Of a DNA stretch of 64,000 nt, positions 61,833-64,000 are shown in pieces. The position numbers and the translations under genes are program-made. Under the pieces are notes generated by a model that saw only the letters and a program-made list of their open reading frames with translations, did not search any database and was not told the DNA's origin. Source of the stretch: an uncultured archaeon (GTDB lineage Archaea; Thermoproteota; Bathyarchaeia; Bathyarchaeales; Bathycorpusculaceae); contig CAWALK010000001.1 of assembly GCA_963782915.1 (NCBI GenBank), forward strand, positions 64,001 to 128,000. The letters are read 5' to 3'. Position 1 is the first letter of the stretch, and the number at the start of each line of letters is the position of its first letter.

Positions 61833-62303
61833 TTGAAGCATATCGAAGCCCGCATAAAGACATCGTTTGGAGAAGTCGTCATCGAAGGGGAAACCCCGCA
61901 GGAAATCCTCGACATGCTAAGTAGTATGCCTGAAGATTTTACTGAGAAACTCGCCGATTTTGTATCTAATCGTTTAACGCCCTCTGGAGCGCAACTAAAA
62001 GGCATAGTCGAACCCACCACGGAGGGGCCAGTGATTGTTACTCGTGAAAACCTTACCCACTATGAGGCGGTTGGTTTGGTGTTGTATGCTTCTGATGATC
62101 GGAGGAATACGGCGGCGCAGGTGCAGAAGCTTCTTGAATCCAGCGGCATCAAAAGCATGGTGCCAGCGAGGCTTAATGAGATGACTAAGCGTGGGCAAGT
62201 TTTCAAGCCTGATCCGAGTAAGCCTGAGTTTAAGTTGACGATTCAGGGTGAGAAGTGGCTTGAGGATGAAGTGCTTAGTAAGCTTCGGGGCAAAATGAAT
62301 TAG
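61833..62303 (+). CDS. Hypothetical protein with a wHTH-like C-terminus
   Basis: ARLNEM.KRG.V...FKLT..GE.W. Confidence 0.65.
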   Translation: MKHIEARIKTSFGEVVIEGETPQEILDMLSSMPEDFTEKLADFVSNRLTPSGAQLKGIVEPTTEGPVIVTRENLTHYEAVGLVLYASDDRRNTAAQVQKLLESSGIKSMVPARLNEMTKRGQVFKPDPSKPEFKLTIQGEKWLEDEVLSKLRGKMN

Positions 62304-62404
62304 GCGAATCGATTTGCTCTAAGAACCCGCAAAATAGGGTCAAGCGCAGGCCTGTATGAAAAAATTTATTACTGACTTGATTCAAAGTTCTTAGTGGAGA
62401 TGCA

Positions 62405-62654
62405 ATGAATCTTCCTTTTTTAATGGCAATCGTCTACTCGATACTGGATAGCCTCGGACTCGGAAGCATTGATTGGGTTTTTCTGCATGATTTTAGTCAT
62501 CATTGGCTTAGTCATCATTGTCCTCATCAGACTTTTCTTGGTACTCATACCCGCGATACTCATAGCTATAGTTGTGTATTTCTTGACTGGCGGCGACTTG
62601 TTCTGGACAGGCATAGCTTTCTTGGTTGTTGCGGCGATTATCTATACTTGCTAA
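62405..62654 (+). CDS. Small hydrophobic membrane protein (indel)
   Basis: Overlapping frames give an I/L/V-rich multi-TM peptide. Confidence 0.5.
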
Positions 62655-62866
62655 GTTGTAGCAATAGCTGAAATCAACCCTTTTTTCTTATTTTGATTTT
62701 TAGCCTAAAATTTCTATAGCCCAAGTTTGAACGTTTTTTTCATTAATCAGCCCGTTTTTGCCTGATTTGCCCTTGTTTGCTTATTTTCTTATAGGCTGTT
62801 TTTCATAAGCCTTTTATATTCGGTAGGAGGTTCTTGCATATTAACAGGAATGGACAGGGACCAATA

Positions 62867-63115
62867 ATGTCAATGATGGAACCAAGTAAAAAACCATTAA
62901 ACGTTCTCATAAAACAGTTACACGGCAACATCGAAGTTGTTCTCAAGAACGGCTATGAATACAAGGGTAAAATGATAAAGGTCGATGGACACATGAACAT
63001 CCTTCTCGAGGGCGCAACCGAGTGTAAAGAAGAACAACTCATGACCAACTACGGTAACGTGCTACTTCGCGGAAACAACGTCCTATACATCGTTTTAAAT
63101 GCGAACATACACTAA
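62867..63115 (+). CDS. Sm/Lsm family protein
   Basis: KPL.VL, V.LKNG..Y.G....DGHMN..L, LRGNN. Confidence 0.92.
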   Translation: MSMMEPSKKPLNVLIKQLHGNIEVVLKNGYEYKGKMIKVDGHMNILLEGATECKEEQLMTNYGNVLLRGNNVLYIVLNANIH

Positions 63116-64000
63116 ACGGGTAAGCATTTAGCTTCCCCTATTACATATTCGCAGGCTTCTTTTACAGCCAATTCTACATCGAATTTTCGGCTAAAGTAAG
63201 TTAGCACATTCTTTAAATCACGTTCTAACATTTCGGATGCGTTTGCGTGATCGGTTTTTACTGCTTGGGGCCAATCGATAATTAAAATGTGGCCGTCAGG
63301 CTGCAATATGATGTTGTATTCGCTTAAGTCGCCGTGTATAAGATGCGCTTTGAGATAGGTTTTTTTTATGTTGCGCAGTATTTCGCGGAGTACTTTTTCT
63401 GGTTTGCCGATGTCTTTGTATTTAATTAATTGGGCTCCTTCAATCATGCCCATGGCTATGATGTGGCGGTTGTGGCTGATGGGTTCAGGTATGGAAACAC
63501 CGTTTGCGTAGGCTAGTTTCATGGCTTCGAATTCATGATCTGCCGCTATATGCGATTGGAAAAGCCAGCTTGAGTGTTCTCTGGCGTAGCCTCTTTTGCG
63601 TCTTGTTTGCCTAAAACTAATCCTGCCCAACCTGTGGAATTTGATGGCTATGCGTTTGCCGTCGGGGCTTAATGCGTCATAGACGTCGGCTTCTTTGCCT
63701 ACGCCTAAGCTTTGGCCGAACGAGGAGATTACTCCTTCTTTTACGAGGTTGTTTATGGCTAAGCAGTCGTATCCTGCATAGTTCAGGGTTTGGCCGCTGT
63801 AGGCGCCTCTGATTTGGTAGATTAAGCCCAGCTTGTTGAGTCTGCCAAGCGTGTATGTGATGCGTTCAAGAGGCACTTTTGCGTAGTCACGAATCTGCTC
63901 GGTTGGGACGTATTCATGTTTCGCCATTCCCACTTCGATAATATGGAGTACTCTGAAATCTTCGCTTTCTAATTCACGATATACCCCTACAGCAATATCA
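63112..64000 (-). CDS. rio2: RIO2-type kinase (5' end beyond window)
   Basis: N-terminal wHTH, GYD.LA, GVGKEAD, KFHRLGR.SF, HGDLSEYN, IDWPQ. Confidence 0.92.
   Translation of the reverse strand, partial: DIAVGVYRELESEDFRVLHIIEVGMAKHEYVPTEQIRDYAKVPLERITYTLGRLNKLGLIYQIRGAYSGQTLNYAGYDCLAINNLVKEGVISSFGQSLGVGKEADVYDALSPDGKRIAIKFHRLGRISFRQTRRKRGYAREHSSWLFQSHIAADHEFEAMKLAYANGVSIPEPISHNRHIIAMGMIEGAQLIKYKDIGKPEKVLREILRNIKKTYLKAHLIHGDLSEYNIILQPDGHILIIDWPQAVKTDHANASEMLERDLKNVLTYFSRKFDVELAVKEACEYVIGEAKCLPV

Noticed and set aside
515-62614. Numerous antisense or alternate-frame ORFs in the track (e.g. 697-1188, 25857-26510, 29758-30381, 50017-50658, 60473-61078)
   Set aside because: They are shadows of well-supported genes on the opposite strand, with no motifs or RBS
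497-62654. Many split genes (cobD, thiolase, helicase, GT-C, MFS, leuS, elp3, gatE) read as pseudogenes or programmed frameshifts
   Set aside because: Essential single-copy genes such as leuS and gatE are affected, no slippery-site pattern is shared, and at least one break lies in a homopolymer (24740). Uncorrected long-read indels explain this best; read mapping would confirm.

Overview
Archaeal chromosomal window. Gene content (gatD/gatE, archaeal leuS, elp3, eS30, Lsm, rio2, dph5, two-domain Rpo5) fits a TACK-group archaeon, most likely Bathyarchaeia (inference). Many genes, including essential ones (leuS, gatE), are split by 1-nt indels; I treat these as long-read assembly errors. Housekeeping and accessory content includes cobamide salvage (cobD-cbiB), thiolase/DUF35, an MNT-HEPN toxin-antitoxin pair, a DUF4011-helicase-Vsr defence gene, sufC-sufB, mgtA, redox/stress genes and an ABC exporter. 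Top candidate for a new system (44.5-48.1 kb, minus strand): an unannotated 17-aa peptide, MNRKIIKARAPASVGWY, with a strong RBS and a penultimate Trp. It lies directly upstream of a polyprenyl-synthase-fold protein that has lost its IPP-binding motifs (ComQ-like), and is flanked by a secreted S1 protease and an MFS-like membrane protein. This suggests an archaeal ComX/ComQ-like prenylated-peptide (RiPP or pheromone) system. Other candidates: a promoter-bearing ~235-nt multi-helix pseudoknotted ncRNA, two dispersed intergenic repeat families, a TasA/SipW-like fibre operon with an operator palindrome, and an orphan eCIS tube plus Pvc16-like gene pair. No database searches were possible, so all family calls come from motif recognition.
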